A stretch of DNA of 64,000 nucleotides. Source: Octopus sinensis (Eukaryota). Under the pieces are notes generated by a model. The model saw only the letters and a program-made list of their open reading frames with translations. It had not been told where the DNA came from and searched no databases. Positions 62,220 through 64,000 of the stretch are shown piece by piece. The stretch spans positions 38,502,001 through 38,566,000 of the forward strand of contig NC_043014.1 of assembly GCF_006345805.1 (NCBI RefSeq), written 5' to 3'. Within the stretch, counting starts at the first letter, position 1. Every line of letters starts with the position of its first letter. A program made the translations under genes and the position numbers.

Positions 62220-62397
62220 CTGGAATTTAAAATGAGTGGGTAGAAAGAAAAAAAGGATAAACTGAAACAAACGAACTACATGGTTCTGGGTTCAGCCCCA
62301 CTGCATGGCACCTTGGGCAAGTGTTTTTCTACTATAGCCTTGGGCCAACCAAAGCCTTCTAAGTGGATTTGGTAGACAGAAACTGAAAGAAGCCCGT

Positions 62398-62440
<43 letters not shown>

Positions 62441-62443
62441 ATG

Positions 62444-62477
<34 letters not shown>

Positions 62478-62734
62478 GTGTGTGTGTGTGTGTATGTATG
62501 TATATGTTTGTGTGTCTGTGTTTGTCCCCCCAACATTACTTGACAACCGATATTGGTGTGTTTATGTCCCTGTAAGTTAGCAGTTCGGCAAAAGAAACCA
62601 ATAGAATAAGTACAAGGCTTACAAAGAATAAGTCCTAGGATCGATATGCTTGACTGAAGGTGGTGCTCCAGCATGGCTACAGTCAAATGACTAAAACAAG
62701 TAAAAGAGTAACTGGGATCTAGAAGAGGCTTGTC

Positions 62735-62765
<31 letters not shown>

Positions 62766-63284
62766 ACACCCACACACACAGTAGGCTGCTTTCAGTTACC
62801 ATTTACAAATCCATTCAAAAGGCCTTGTTCATCCCAGGGTTTATAGTAAACGGGTGCACAGTGAAACTGAACTCAACATTGCATGGCTGGGAACCAAGCT
62901 TTTTAACTACACAGCCATGTCAGTGCCTACACAACACCTGCACCTCTGTGGTATACGCAACCACTTACATGCTAATTCAATAAATAAGCAGTTTTGTTTG
63001 AAGAATTGGATCAGTTATTGACAGAAGTGACAGAGATCTCATCATCATCATCATCGTCCTCTTTCCATGCTGGCATGGGTTAGATGGTTTGATATGGAGC
63101 TGGCTGTGACATGGTTTCTATGGTTGGATACCCTTCCTAACACCAATGACTTAACAGAGTGTGTTGGGTGCTTTTTACATGCCACCAGCATGGGTGCATT
63201 TACACAGCACCAGCATGAGTGCTCTTTAAGTGGCACCAGCACCTGAAAGAATCAAGTCCGTATATATGGAAGACAGCGATTTTA

Positions 63285-63960
63285 CTTAGCTTGATGTGTC
63301 TTCTCAAACACAGCAAATCCCTACATCTCCCAGTGAGGCCCAATATCCAAAGATCCTCTCTCAACCATTTTATCCCATGTCTTCTTGGGTTTACGCCTTC
63401 CACAAGTACCTTCCACAATTAGAACTCCCTACATCTCCCAGTCCCTTGTCATTTCCTCAGCGAGGCCCAGTATCCGAAGATCCTTTCTCAACCACTTCAT
63501 CCCATGTCTTCTTGGGTTTACACCTTCCACAGGTATCTTCCACAATTAGAACTCCCTACATCTCCCAGTCCCTTGTCATTTCCTCAGTGACGCCCAGTAT
63601 CCAAAGATCCTTTCTCAACCACTTCATCCCATGTCTTCTTGGGTTTTCACCTTCCACAATTAGAGCTCAGCACTTCTTTATACAGCTGTCCTCATCCATA
63701 CACATCACATGACCAAACCAGCACAGTCTTCTCTCTTGCACACAACATCTGATGCCTCTTATACCCAGTTTTCCTCTTAAATCATTTACACTCTCTCATG
63801 CATGCATGCACACTGACATTACTCTTCCAGCAGAACATGCTAGCTTCCTTTCTTTCAAGCCTTCGCAGGTCTCCTGTCCTGTAGTCAAGACCCACGTTTC
63901 ACTGTCATGTAACATAAGTGCAGTGAAACATGGGCCTTGACTACAGAGGACTTGTGAAGG
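63285..63960 (-). mobile_element. RTE-clade LINE fragment with a tandemly repeated 3' segment
   Basis: The minus strand encodes RLCWFGHVM, then repeated GRxKPKKTWDEVVEKDL-like units (~63310-63660). Confidence 0.7.
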
Positions 63961-64000
63961 CTTGGAAGAAAAGAAGGTAGCATGTTCTGCTGGATGGGTA

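Overview
AT-rich, repeat-saturated eukaryotic (animal) DNA. The SINE and microsatellite landscape suggests an octopus-type cephalopod; that is inference, not a database result. Two convergent protein-coding genes can be assembled by hand. An FBXL8-like F-box/LRR gene lies on + (coding exons 22219-22472 and 25356-26271, 389 aa). The 3' six coding exons of a PPP1R16A/B (MYPT3/TIMAP/Mypt-75D)-like ankyrin-repeat PP1 regulator lie on - (62219 down to 29399, ending in the CaaX motif KKCCCVIM); its 5' exons are beyond the window. Also present: a full-length but divergent U1 snRNA (1117-1280), a tRNA-Ile(AAT) pseudogene, and a 5'-truncated Penelope-like retroelement (RT + GIY-YIG) with an inverted pseudo-LTR. 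The rest comprises mariner, hAT, piggyBac, pogo and Helentron-type non-autonomous elements, RTE LINE ends, at least five SINE-like families, foldback palindromes and mini/microsatellites. The most notable observations: (i) five minimal type-I hammerhead-ribozyme motifs, two of them mirror copies, plus one degenerate relic, all in Penelope-type termini; (ii) multimeric SINE arrays and a tRNA-SINE chimera, each bracketed by one target-site duplication; (iii) a U1 variant with compensatory stem changes but altered protein-binding sites. I see no evidence for a wholly new protein-coding system. Repeat boundaries are approximate unless a TSD or TIR is quoted.
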